From contig CAZHAQ010000001.1 of the NCBI GenBank assembly GCA_964529785.1, positions 37,502 through 101,501 on the forward strand: a DNA stretch of 64,000 bases, read 5' to 3'. This DNA is from an uncultured Candidatus Saccharibacteria bacterium (GTDB lineage Bacteria > Patescibacteriota > Saccharimonadia > Saccharimonadales > JACDBH01). Of the stretch, positions 19,243 to 31,445 are shown piece by piece. Numbering within the stretch: the first letter of the stretch is position 1; every line of letters starts with the position of its first letter. The translations under genes were made by a program, and so were the position numbers. Under the pieces are notes generated by a model. The model was not told the DNA's origin. It made no database searches and worked only from the letters and a program-made list of their open reading frames with translations.

Positions 19243-20397
19243 ATGACAAGAATTTATTTAGATTATGCGGCAGCCACACCGATGAGCCAGTCGGTACTAA
19301 GCGCTATGCAGCCGTTTTTTACTGAGAAGTTCTATAATCCGTCTGCTCTTTACTTAGCCTCAAAGGATATCAAAAGCGTCTTAAATGAGGCCAGGTCGGA
19401 AGTAGCTAAGGTGCTTGGCTGCCGCTCATCTGAGATTATTTTTACAGCTGGCGGCACCGAATCGGACAATTTGGCCATAAGCGGCGTAATGCAATCGTTT
19501 CCCGGTAAAAATTGTATTGTAAGTGCAATTGAGCATGAGGCTGTCTTAAAGCCGGCAAGCCAGTATCCCCATAAAGTTGCTTCAGTCATGAGTGATGGGC
19601 GAATAGATCTTGATAAGCTGGCAGCTTTAATAGATGACGATACGGTATTAGTCAGTGTAATGTATGCCAACAATGAGATCGGTACCATCCAGCCTTTAAA
19701 GGAAATCGCCTCGTTAATTAAAAAGGTTAGGCAGGATCGTTTAAATAGGAGTGAAAAATCCCAAGCGCTGCCGCTTTATTTTCACACGGATGCTTGCCAG
19801 GCAGCAAATTATCTGTCCTTATCTGCAAGCAGTCTGGGTGTAGATCTAATGACTTTAAACGGCGGCAAGATTTATGGACCCAAACAGTCCGGGGTGCTGT
19901 TTGTTAAGACTGGCACAGAATTAAAACCTCTAATATTAGGTGGAGGGCAAGAGCGTAACATTAGGAGCGGAACTGAAAATGTCCCTGCGATCGTAGGCTT
20001 TTCAACTGCACTACGAGAAGCCGCCGAGATGAGTGAAAGCCAGCAAAAAACTATAGGTGAAGTTAAGTCATACATGATTAATGAATTAAGCAAGAAACTC
20101 CCTCAAGTTAGAATAAACGGCTCGCTAAAACACCGTCTGCCAAATAACGTACATATAACGATCCCGGACACCGATAATGAGCGGATAATGATGGAACTTG
20201 ATGAGCTAGGAATAATGGTGGCAACTGGCTCTGCTTGCAGTGCCAGTTCAGATGAACCTTCGCACGTGCTTAGTGCCATTGGCTTAACAGAAGAAGAAGC
20301 GAGAAGCAGTTTAAGAATCAGCTTTGGTCGCAAGACTGATAAAGCCCAGATTGATTTGCTTATCAGTAGTCTGGTGTCCCTAGTTGCGCACAGTTAA
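19243..20397 (+). CDS. cysteine desulfurase (IscS/NifS family, PLP-dependent)
   Basis: IYLDYAAATP N-terminus, the PLP-lysine region, and the active-site Cys loop GSACSA. Confidence 0.85.
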   Translation: MTRIYLDYAAATPMSQSVLSAMQPFFTEKFYNPSALYLASKDIKSVLNEARSEVAKVLGCRSSEIIFTAGGTESDNLAISGVMQSFPGKNCIVSAIEHEAVLKPASQYPHKVASVMSDGRIDLDKLAALIDDDTVLVSVMYANNEIGTIQPLKEIASLIKKVRQDRLNRSEKSQALPLYFHTDACQAANYLSLSASSLGVDLMTLNGGKIYGPKQSGVLFVKTGTELKPLILGGGQERNIRSGTENVPAIVGFSTALREAAEMSESQQKTIGEVKSYMINELSKKLPQVRINGSLKHRLPNNVHITIPDTDNERIMMELDELGIMVATGSACSASSDEPSHVLSAIGLTEEEARSSLRISFGRKTDKAQIDLLISSLVSLVAHS

Positions 20398-20422
20398 ATA
20401 AACTAGTAAAATAACAATAAGC

Positions 20423-21268
20423 ATGTTTCTAATAAAAATAAAAAACTTCATTACTATTAAGCGCTTGCTGTCGGCAACGGCTCTGCTTGCAATAATCGTC
20501 ATGAACTTAAATGGATTCCTGGGAGCTCAAAGCGTTACACAGGGCTATGGAGCAGATGAAGCCTTGCAAAGAGGCATGATAGTAGGCACTAAGCCAGATG
20601 ACGCAACAAAAGTAGAGCCAATTAATAGAGATAGCCTTGATAGAATGCTGGGGGTTGTAGTAGAAGCCAATGATTCGCCTATTACATTGTCAGGAGAAGA
20701 TGAGCAGGCATATGTAGCAACAGTAGGACGCTATGATGTATTGGTTAGCGATCAGAATGGCAGCATAAAGTCGGGAGACTACATAACAGCTTCTTCTGTA
20801 AGCGGAATCGGAATGCTGGCAACCTTTGAAGAAAGCGAGATATTGGGTCGGGCAGTAGATAATTTTGATGGTGAAAATGCAATTATCGGCAGTAGTAGTA
20901 TCAGTGATTCAGGCGGAGGGTCTCGCACTGTAAATATTGGCCGTGTTCAACTTGATATTGCGATTTCAAAAAATCCGATAGCTAAAAGTGCAGCTGTAAC
21001 GCCCGAGTGGCTTGGTAAGATTGGTCAAGCTATTGCCGGTAAGTCATTAAGCCCAGCTAGGATTTACATCAGTGCCGCGGTCTTTCTTATCGGGGCATTC
21101 ATTGCCGGGGCAGTCTTATACTCCGGAGTCAGAAGCAGCATTATATCTATAGGCCGTAATCCGCTGTCAAAAAAAAGTATTATTCGTGGATTACTGCAGG
21201 TTATTTTTACAAGCTTAATAATTTTTATTATCAGTGTAATTGGGGTATATTTACTACTAAAGGTATAA
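20423..21268 (+). CDS. secreted-domain protein ending in an ATP synthase c-subunit-like two-helix hairpin (lacks the ion-binding carboxylate)
   Basis: Signal peptide, then an extracytoplasmic domain of about 190 aa. The C-terminal GAFIAGAVL...SIISIGRNPLSKKSIIRGLLQVIFTSLIIFII matches the c-subunit motifs GAxIGxGxL, the R-Q/N-P loop and LLRTxF. No Asp/Glu in helix 2. Confidence 0.4.
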   Translation: MFLIKIKNFITIKRLLSATALLAIIVMNLNGFLGAQSVTQGYGADEALQRGMIVGTKPDDATKVEPINRDSLDRMLGVVVEANDSPITLSGEDEQAYVATVGRYDVLVSDQNGSIKSGDYITASSVSGIGMLATFEESEILGRAVDNFDGENAIIGSSSISDSGGGSRTVNIGRVQLDIAISKNPIAKSAAVTPEWLGKIGQAIAGKSLSPARIYISAAVFLIGAFIAGAVLYSGVRSSIISIGRNPLSKKSIIRGLLQVIFTSLIIFIISVIGVYLLLKV

Positions 21269-21296
21269 GCATTTTAAAAGGGTGGCTTGATTAAAT

Positions 21297-21932
21297 ATGA
21301 ATACTTGGGGGTTGGGATTAGTTATCGGTGCATTAGCTGCTACGGCGATTGCGTTCGTATGGGTGGCTATAAGACTAGGTTCAGCTGAACCTGCAGCTAA
21401 AAAAGAAGAGCCAGGCGATAGCCGGGAGGCAATTGGGCAAGCGGCAGTTGAGGATGTGGAGAATATTTTCAACGAGGAGTACCGCGAAGAGCTTAGAAAT
21501 CGCGGCAGGATGCATTTTGAAAAAGTCATTGGCGAAAACGCCCAGTTCCTGCAGCAGGATTTGCGCTTGACCACCTCGCAAATCAATGAATTTATGAAGC
21601 AAGAAATTAGCAATACTCTAAAAGAAGAGTTTGCCAAATATCAGCAGTCGATTGACGACATAAAGAAAATGACATTAGAGTCAATCCAGAAAACTGAAGC
21701 TTCTCTCGAAGAGGAGAGGCAGCAGATGCGCGTACAGTTAGAAAATGAAGTAGCCCAACAAAAAGAAAAACTGATTAAAAGTTTTGAACAGAATATGGGA
21801 GAAATAGTTAACCATTATGTTTTAGATGCAATTGGCAATGAAATTAACTTAAATGAACAGTTAGGGTATATTTTAACCGAATTACAGGAAAACAAAGAAG
21901 CGATAGTGGAGGATATTAGGAGTGGAGCCTAA
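21297..21932 (+). CDS. atpF: F-type ATP synthase subunit b (probable)
   Basis: Single N-terminal TM followed by a long charged coiled coil. Located immediately upstream of delta. Confidence 0.5.
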   Translation: MNTWGLGLVIGALAATAIAFVWVAIRLGSAEPAAKKEEPGDSREAIGQAAVEDVENIFNEEYREELRNRGRMHFEKVIGENAQFLQQDLRLTTSQINEFMKQEISNTLKEEFAKYQQSIDDIKKMTLESIQKTEASLEEERQQMRVQLENEVAQQKEKLIKSFEQNMGEIVNHYVLDAIGNEINLNEQLGYILTELQENKEAIVEDIRSGA

Positions 21933-22689
21933 AACTCCTTATCCCGCAGAGGATACTCATGTATCAAGGCCGCACCAGTCTCCGCTGCGGCCTGCGGCTT
22001 CTGCTTCTGTCGCTGAAGTTCCTAGCAGTCCAGATTCTAGTACTGGTTCAGTCACTGAAGCTGCAAAAGATTTAGTATTACCTCCAAGTGTTATTTCAAA
22101 GAGTGATGTTTCAAGAGGTCTAAGGGAGCTATCGGAAATAGATGACTATTTTCATCAAGCTTCAATCCGGGGCAGTAAAGACCAGGAAATGCCATCGGTG
22201 AGCAAGGTTTTAGAGGTTACGGCTGAAGCCAATGGACTTAATCTTATACATGCTGATGACAGATCTAAGCTTAAGACTTTTCTGACTGGCGTTAAAGCGG
22301 GCGCACCAGTTGTGCATATAAGTTTTCCTTCGGAAGCCAGTAATCAGTTTCTTGGCAAGCTGTTGGATTGGTTTAGGACAGAGGTTCATCCATATACATT
22401 GATGCGGGTGGGCCTCAAGCCGGAGCTTATAGCCGGCTTTATGCTCAGGACAAATAATAAGTCTTTTGATTTTAGCTTTAGAAAACGATTTGAGCGGAGT
22501 AAGCAGAAACTAATAGACGCAATTAGCGAATCCAATAAAACTCATGCTGCAGACCAGGACCAAGGGCAGCTGGTTGAGCCTGCTACGCCTACAGAAGCTC
22601 AGGTAGCAGTAGATCGTCCGCTTGATGAAGGGGCGCCTCAGCCGTTAACTGATGCATCAGAAGACAAGCCAGTGGAGGTAGCTTCATAA
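21922..22689 (+). CDS. atpH: F-type ATP synthase subunit delta (OSCP) with a Pro/Ser-rich N-terminal extension
   Basis: C-terminal [27 protein letters not shown] resembles the delta signature (VDPSLIGG-VIRIGD-VIDGSV). GTG start. Confidence 0.55.
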   Translation: MEPKTPYPAEDTHVSRPHQSPLRPAASASVAEVPSSPDSSTGSVTEAAKDLVLPPSVISKSDVSRGLRELSEIDDYFHQASIRGSKDQEMPSVSKVLEVTAEANGLNLIHADDRSKLKTFLTGVKAGAPVVHISFPSEASNQFLGKLLDWFRTEVHPYTLMRVGLKPELIAGFMLRTNNKSFDFSFRKRFERSKQKLIDAISESNKTHAADQDQGQLVEPATPTEAQVAVDRPLDEGAPQPLTDASEDKPVEVAS

Positions 22690-24241
22690 TGGCTAGAGAA
22701 GACTCAGTAAATATTCAGCAGTTTCAGAAGCTGGTTGATCAAGGCAATCCTGTCGGCGAGGTAATAGGTGTTGACCAATTCATTGTAATGGTTAAAGGCC
22801 TTCACCCAGCCAACGCTCACGCCCTAGTGATGTTTGAAGATGGCAGCAAGGGCTTTATAAATCATGTACTGGAAGATTATGTACTTGTCCTGCATCTAGG
22901 AACTGAGCATTTAAAAGTTGGCATGGTCGCCGTTACCCAGCACGATCGACTTGTAGCAAAGGTGGGCAAAAACTTTATAGGTCGAGTAGTAAATGTCATG
23001 GGCGAGCCTCTTGACGGCAAAGGGCCGATTGCACCTGATGATACTTGGCCAGTTTTTAATCCAGCGCCACCTATATTTGAACGAGAAATGCTTGACTACC
23101 AACTGGAGACAGGGGTTACTTCAGTAGACGGGCTTTTCCCTATAGTGCGCGGACAACGACTTGCAATACTTGGAGATAACAAGACTGGCAAAACTGCTCT
23201 TGCCACCCAGGTTGCAATTAACCAGAAAAATACCGATATCATTACCATTTACGTACTAATTGGCAAGCGGCGCTCAGATATTGACGAATTAATTGCCCGC
23301 TTAGGGGAGACCGATGCGCTAAAAAATACCATCATAGTCGTGTCAACGCTATTTGAATCGCTAATTATGACTTATCTTGCACCATATGTTGGTTGTGCCA
23401 TGGCTGAGTACTTATGGCAGTCATGCGACCAGGACTCAATGATTGTTTATGACGATTTGACATCGCATGCTCAAGCTTATCGTGAGGTCGCGCTATTATC
23501 TGGAGTTAGCCCTGGACGAGACTCTTATCCTGGCGATATGTTTTATGCTCATTCCAGTCTTCTTGAACGCGCAGGAAAGCTGCAGCGCAACCACAAAACT
23601 CTAACCAGTTTACCTATTGTCTTGACACCGAATAACGATATTACCGCTTACTTGCCGACTAATATCATGTCTATCACTGACGGACAGTGGATTATGGATT
23701 TGCAAGTATTTTTATCAGGCATTCGTCCGGCATTATCTACCGGGTTGAGCGTGACCCGTGTTGGTGGTGTTGGTCAAAACAAGCGTCAAAAGTCCCAGAC
23801 TGTAGCCGCAATGAAAGCGTTGGCTACTTATAGGCAGGCAGAGGAGTACGCCCACTTTGGATCAGAGCTGGCTTTGAGTGCCCATAAAGATCTGGCACGT
23901 GGTAAAAGTATTTTAGAATTATTTAATCAGCCGCCGACAATAACCTACAATTTTATGGAACAGCAGCTAATGTTTGATATTGTCCTAAATACTGACGATA
24001 CAGCCACACTAGACGTTAAAAAAATGAAAGAAAATGTTAAAAGTTTAGCCGAGCAGGTAAAAAGCGACGAAGATTTTGACAGAGTTCGTGATCAATTGTT
24101 AGCTGCAAGTATGCTTGGCGGCGCGCCTTCACAGCCCCAGGGAGATGGCACAACAGAGCTTTCCGGCGGCGGCAGCCAAGTAGTTGAGCCAGTAGCTCAA
24201 GCTCCTGCTGAGGACGGTAAGCCGGTAGAGGAGCCTAAAAA

Positions 24242-24245
<4 letters not shown>
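22689..24245 (+). CDS. atpA: F-type ATP synthase subunit alpha
   Basis: [17 protein letters not shown] and Walker [13 protein letters not shown], typical alpha layout. C-terminal low-complexity extension. Confidence 0.85.
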
Positions 24246-26487
<2,242 letters not shown>

Positions 26488-26491
26488 TAAA

Positions 26492-26788
26492 ATGGCTGAA
26501 AAAGATAAGCCAGTAGAAGAAGGGTTAAAAGACAAGGACGGAAAACCTCTAATGCATATAAAGGTTTACTCTCCTTTTGAAAACTATTTTGACGAGCCAG
26601 CCTACAGTATTAGCGCTGAAAATCATACTGGCCCTTTTGATATCCTGCCCAAGCATCACAATTTTATGACGATGATAAATCCTGGCGAAATAAAGATCGC
26701 TGCACCAAGTGGTGACAAAGTAATAAGAATAAACCGCGGTGTAATGCATGTTAAAGCTGATAAAGTCGTAGTTTTTCTTAATGTTTAA
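26492..26788 (+). CDS. atpC: F-type ATP synthase subunit epsilon (beta-sandwich domain only)
   Basis: 98 aa. GPFDILPKHHNFMTMINPGEIKI matches the epsilon N-terminal domain. C-terminal helices are absent. Confidence 0.6.
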   Translation: MAEKDKPVEEGLKDKDGKPLMHIKVYSPFENYFDEPAYSISAENHTGPFDILPKHHNFMTMINPGEIKIAAPSGDKVIRINRGVMHVKADKVVVFLNV

Positions 26789-27526
26789 TTAAAATGTGGC
26801 AACTGCCTGTATCACTAGTACTGTGCGGTAGCGCCCACCCGGAGTGCTGGTAGCTTTATTGGCTATTATGGACATCGTATAGTCGGTCTGACCCGATTCT
26901 TCATTACTCTCAGCGATAATATCCCCGTCTACGTATTTGAAATAGTTAACCTGGTCATAGCCTGTAGAGGGTAGGCCGTATGAAAAGCTGTTGTCGGGCT
27001 GCTGGACAGGATTGGTGCCAATACCCGGGTTTGAATTTGCAACTAGATTAATCCCAAACTGTTCGGTTCCTGGCACGGATTCGCTTGCTCCACTAATTGC
27101 AGTTAGGGCATGGGACCTTTGACCGGATACATTGGTAGGCGGCGATCCATGTACGCGAACCACATAGCCTTCAGACAGATAGCTGGCAACAGTAAACCCA
27201 GTACTGGCAGCTGCCGTACTGGTTTCATTAAGTACGCCTAAATCTATATTTGTATTTCCATTAACCACTAAGGATAATGTTGGCTCATCCGGCGTACCGA
27301 AGCCGGCCATTATTCCATAATTCTCACTGCTGGCTTCTCCACCGGTACCGCCTACAGACTGTTGGGAGCAGAAGCTGTCGGAGCATGCTTCAAGCTCGCC
27401 GCCGCTGCCCATGAAAATTTCGTCCACTGAATAGTTGGGTGAAGCTAGCTGGGCACTGGCAATTGCCGGTATAGACAAAAGCGCAATAAACACCCCAAAG
27501 CCGGCGCGAATCAGGCTGGATTTCAT
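26789..27526 (-). CDS. secreted surface protein, paralog A of a three-member family with a WxL-like (YxL-variant) C-terminus
   Basis: Signal peptide. Shared motifs GTEQFGINL and C-terminal GRYRTVLVIQAVATF. Paralogous to the ORFs at 28894 and 30257. Confidence 0.45.
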   Translation of the reverse strand: MKSSLIRAGFGVFIALLSIPAIASAQLASPNYSVDEIFMGSGGELEACSDSFCSQQSVGGTGGEASSENYGIMAGFGTPDEPTLSLVVNGNTNIDLGVLNETSTAAASTGFTVASYLSEGYVVRVHGSPPTNVSGQRSHALTAISGASESVPGTEQFGINLVANSNPGIGTNPVQQPDNSFSYGLPSTGYDQVNYFKYVDGDIIAESNEESGQTDYTMSIIANKATSTPGGRYRTVLVIQAVATF

Positions 27527-27611
27527 ATCACTATTTTTGCATGTATTTTAATTGTCATCAAGCTGCTTATGATTTGAGTATTAATATAGTATTATAGTTA
27601 CAAAAGTCATT

Positions 27612-28745
27612 ATGGAAGATAAAGATAAGACAAACGAGACTCAGTCTCCAGCCCTTGATGGAAATGAAGCTAAGGATTCATCCGCTAGCCAAAAATCTGA
27701 CAAGTCAGCTGAAGAACTGATGGGGCAAGTAGCTAATGAGGATACGTCTCTTGATGGTGGAGGCGGTCCCAAGCAGTCGGCCGTTGATGCTATGGCTGAC
27801 AGCTCCAATAAAGAGGATGACCCCTCAGCTGCTCCGAAAAAGCCTGAAGCGAAAGGCATTAAAAAACTTCTAAGCAAAGTTAATATCTACCTACTGCTAT
27901 TTGTTTTGGTCGTCGTGATTGCGGCAGCAGCTTATGCAGTGATGTATTTCATGAACAAGCGAGAAACCCAGATCCAGCTTGAGACAACCAAGCTTACCAA
28001 TGAAACACTAGACCAGCTTAAGACGTCGGATGCTTTTGTAGGTGATCCGCGTCAAATACTTACCATAGAATCAAATGCAGTTATTACTGGCAAGGTAATA
28101 ATGCGGGACACACTGGACGTTGCAGGATCCCTAAATGTGGGCGGACCGCTTAGCGTTCCCGATATTAGTACGTCAGGGTCCGGGTCATTCGGAACGCTGC
28201 AGACAAATGATTTGCAGGCGGGAGGAAATGTTGCTGTCGGTGGAATCTTAGACGTGGTAGGCACTTTAACAACGGGGGAAAATTTATCTGTTGCAGGTGA
28301 TATTAATGGCGGCGGAAGACTGGATATAGGCGGCCAGGCAACTATAGGCGGAAACCTAAATGTTAATGGCACTATATCGGCCCGGGGAATAAATTTTGAT
28401 GAGATATCGATTACTCGTATAAATATAAGCGGCAACAATCCAGGAGTATCAGTAGGCGGTGCGGCTGGTGGAGGTGGCACAGCATCAGTGAGTGGATCTG
28501 ACACTGCGGGTACGGTTACTATAAATACGGGCGGCGGAACAGGCACTGGTATACTTGCAACCATTAATTTCACAGGAGCATTTAAGAGCAATAATCCTCA
28601 TGCAGTTATAACGCCTAATGGTCCAGGCTGCTCGGGGATAAACTATTATGTTACAAATTTCAGTTCTACGCAGTTTTCAATTGCTACATCTTCGCCTCCA
28701 CCACCAGGCACAAGCTGCCGATTTAACTATATTGTTATAAATTAA
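27612..28745 (+). CDS. type II membrane protein with an extracytoplasmic bactofilin-like Gly-rich beta-helix repeat domain
   Basis: Acidic/Lys-rich N-terminal 90 aa, one TM helix, then about 11-residue repeats with the pattern L.V.G.L.V.G (bactofilin/DUF583-like). Confidence 0.45.
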   Translation: MEDKDKTNETQSPALDGNEAKDSSASQKSDKSAEELMGQVANEDTSLDGGGGPKQSAVDAMADSSNKEDDPSAAPKKPEAKGIKKLLSKVNIYLLLFVLVVVIAAAAYAVMYFMNKRETQIQLETTKLTNETLDQLKTSDAFVGDPRQILTIESNAVITGKVIMRDTLDVAGSLNVGGPLSVPDISTSGSGSFGTLQTNDLQAGGNVAVGGILDVVGTLTTGENLSVAGDINGGGRLDIGGQATIGGNLNVNGTISARGINFDEISITRINISGNNPGVSVGGAAGGGGTASVSGSDTAGTVTINTGGGTGTGILATINFTGAFKSNNPHAVITPNGPGCSGINYYVTNFSSTQFSIATSSPPPPGTSCRFNYIVIN

Positions 28746-28893
28746 TGTCTATTTTTTACTGCCGGAGATTACGGTATTGTTCGCTGTGGATAACCGCTAG
28801 CATTAACCATTGCATTGCCATAAACGGTTTGGTAAAGTTAAATCCAGGTAACACCTAAAATAAACAGTAAATAAAATTAAAAGGAGAAAATGC

Positions 28894-30096
28894 ATGAGTG
28901 ATAATTATGCAATTTCGCTGAAACGCACGATGACGCTTATTGCTGCATTGTCATTTATGGCAGTGCTATTTGCAGTAAACTTCTCGGCGATATTCAGCGC
29001 GCATGCGGGTGCAGCTCAGCTTGAGAGTAGGAGCTTGACGCTAAGCAGTTCGCTTGCAGGTACTGAGGTGGGGGATTCTATCGCCGGCTCAGAAACAAAC
29101 GGAAGTGCGGCAACGCATACTTTCAAATTTACAAAATCAGCTGCATCAGACAGCGCAGACAGAATAAGTTTTGAGTACTGTGATGCAGCTGTTGGAACGT
29201 GTAACGCTCCCGATGGGCTAGACCTTACTGCTGTAACTGCAACTGGCGGCACTGGAGTGACTGTGTCTAACCCGTCAGTGTCAGGGTCAAAAGTTACTGT
29301 TGAAGCGACATCATTGTCAGCAGGCGCTGCAGCTATTACCGTTCCACTTGGGAACATAGAAAACCCGGATGTTACTCCAGTTTTCTTTGTTAGGATAGAA
29401 TTATTTGCCAACTCTGCCCCTGCAACAATTTTAGATGAAGGTACAGTAACAAGCGCAATCACAGAAGGGATTACAATTACCACGCGCGTTACAGAAACTC
29501 TTGGTTTCTCAACAACAGCAGATATTGCTAGTGGTGTCCCTGTTCCAACTTCATCTTGCGTACCATTAACTGGTTCAGGTGCTATCCAAATGGGTGATCC
29601 TATAGAAAATACTCTAAGCATTACTCAAGCTTATGATGCCTATTCAGTATTTCGCCTATACACCAACGCATCAAATGGTGTAGCCGTACAATATGAAGGT
29701 AAAACCTTAACAAAAGGTAACGACGAGATTGATGAAATTGGTGCTTCGCCCGCATTCGTACAGACTGGTACTGAGCAGTTCGGTCTTGGCATAGATACTA
29801 CTGCTAATGGCGGGACCATATCCAATGTTGATACAGCTTGGACTGGCGGTGCAGGCAATATATTACCAGAAGCTGACTATGGTCTTGCGGATGGCGCAAT
29901 CAGTACGAGTGGTACTGGCGCACAGTTCGCTTTTGTTGCCGATACTCCAACAACCTTAGCTTCTTCAGATCCATTAGAAGGTGGTTATGTAAACTGTGCA
30001 ACTGGTGCAGTACGCTACGTAGCAAATGTAAGCCCGCTTACACCATCCGGTGTTTACACTACCACTCTAGTTTACTCAGCAGTTCCTACTTACTAA
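28894..30096 (+). CDS. secreted surface protein, paralog B (WxL-like C-terminus)
   Basis: Signal peptide. GTEQFGLGIDT and a terminal PSGVYTTTLVYSAVPTY resembling the terminal WxL motif (TLTWSLxDxP) with Trp replaced by Tyr. Confidence 0.45.
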   Translation: MSDNYAISLKRTMTLIAALSFMAVLFAVNFSAIFSAHAGAAQLESRSLTLSSSLAGTEVGDSIAGSETNGSAATHTFKFTKSAASDSADRISFEYCDAAVGTCNAPDGLDLTAVTATGGTGVTVSNPSVSGSKVTVEATSLSAGAAAITVPLGNIENPDVTPVFFVRIELFANSAPATILDEGTVTSAITEGITITTRVTETLGFSTTADIASGVPVPTSSCVPLTGSGAIQMGDPIENTLSITQAYDAYSVFRLYTNASNGVAVQYEGKTLTKGNDEIDEIGASPAFVQTGTEQFGLGIDTTANGGTISNVDTAWTGGAGNILPEADYGLADGAISTSGTGAQFAFVADTPTTLASSDPLEGGYVNCATGAVRYVANVSPLTPSGVYTTTLVYSAVPTY

Positions 30097-30151
30097 ATTA
30101 ATATAATAAGACATAGATCTTAATTAAATAGACATAGCATCTAATATATAA

Positions 30152-30197
30152 ATCGGCTTGATTACGGACATAGTTCCAATAAATCAAGCCGATATTT
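30152..30197 (+). terminator. hairpin terminator-like structure after surface protein B
   Basis: Perfect 12-bp inverted repeat ATCGGCTTGATT / AATCAAGCCGAT (30152-30163 and 30182-30193) with an 18-nt loop, followed by ATTTATTTT. Confidence 0.4.
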
Positions 30198-30256
30198 ATT
30201 TTAATTAAAATTAATTAAGGTCCTAACTATTAAGTTTTTGGGTTAAAATATATAGC

Positions 30257-31330
30257 ATGAGCTTTATAGGGTCTTTCAAGGCTAAGTTTTATGATGCTGT
30301 AGCGCTGATTGTTTTATTGTTAACTCTACTAATATTAGGCGGACTTGTTGTAGCAAGAACTGTTAGCGCTTTTGATTATCCGAAATTGCTAAACCGAAGT
30401 TTAGCTATTGGGTCAACAGTTCCTGGGGCAACTACAGACTATACTTTTAGCTGGCGATACCCAAGTCCTACTACCGTAAGATCAGTTAAAATGATCATTT
30501 GCGCTGACCCATATGTATTAGACCCCTGTAGTTCAACGCCTGCTAGTGATTTTTCCGCTGGAGTTCTATCAAGCCAGTCTGGTGATGTAACGGGATTTAG
30601 TATTCTAAGTCAGACGGCAAATGAGATTGTATTAACCCGTCCAACAGGACCGGCTGGAGCTGGTCAGTCTACTTATGTTTTTGAAAATATGGTGAATCCT
30701 ACTGGCTTACATTCTAAATTTTTCGTTCAGATATTTACTTATTCAAGTGCTGATGCAAGCGGTACACCTAATCATATATCCAGTGTAGCCAATGCAACCG
30801 TTGAGCCAATTGTAGTCAGCACTATCGTACCGCCAATTCTTTATTTTTGCGTCGGCCTGACAGTAGACGAGTGGTGCGAAAACTCATATGGTAATTTTAT
30901 AGATTACGGAGATTTGAGAGCAGATGAGACTGATGCTGGAACTTCGCAATTTGGTGTCGCGACTAATGCGGTTGGTGGCTACACAGTTACCATTAATGGC
31001 GGCACTATGGCGTCCGGGAATAAGCTAATAGAACCTTTATCCGTTCCGGCTGGTAATTCTCCCAGCACATCCCAGTTTGGATTAAACTTACGGGCCAATA
31101 CTGATCCAGCGTTAGGTCAAGACGTATTTGGCGCAGGCATCGGCGTGGTGGCGCCAGATTATGATTCTCCTGATTTATACAAATTTAGTAATGGCGATAC
31201 TGTGGCTACTGCGGCTACCGGCTCTCTATTTAATACGTATACAGCTACGTATATTGTAAACGTACCGCCCGATCAACCCTCCGGTATATATACAGCTACT
31301 ATTGCGTACATTTGTACAGCAGCGTTCTAG
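30257..31330 (+). CDS. secreted surface protein, paralog C (WxL-like C-terminus)
   Basis: Signal peptide. TSQFGLNLRANTDP and a terminal PSGIYTATIAYICTAAF. Confidence 0.45.
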   Translation: MSFIGSFKAKFYDAVALIVLLLTLLILGGLVVARTVSAFDYPKLLNRSLAIGSTVPGATTDYTFSWRYPSPTTVRSVKMIICADPYVLDPCSSTPASDFSAGVLSSQSGDVTGFSILSQTANEIVLTRPTGPAGAGQSTYVFENMVNPTGLHSKFFVQIFTYSSADASGTPNHISSVANATVEPIVVSTIVPPILYFCVGLTVDEWCENSYGNFIDYGDLRADETDAGTSQFGVATNAVGGYTVTINGGTMASGNKLIEPLSVPAGNSPSTSQFGLNLRANTDPALGQDVFGAGIGVVAPDYDSPDLYKFSNGDTVATAATGSLFNTYTATYIVNVPPDQPSGIYTATIAYICTAAF

Positions 31331-31445
31331 GATGTTTATTGATAATTGTGTGTTAAATTTTACACGTTATATAGTCTAGGCAATGATTGAAAATTTATGT
31401 TAGACTATCCTTAATTCTAATGCTTTACAAAAAGAGGGGAGATAA

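Noticed and set aside
28052-28591. 179-aa Pro-rich minus-strand ORF (likewise 29016-29621 and 29640-29858) opposite the Gly-rich surface-protein genes.
   Set aside because: It is the mirror image of GGN-rich sense codons (NCC gives Pro), which is an artefact.
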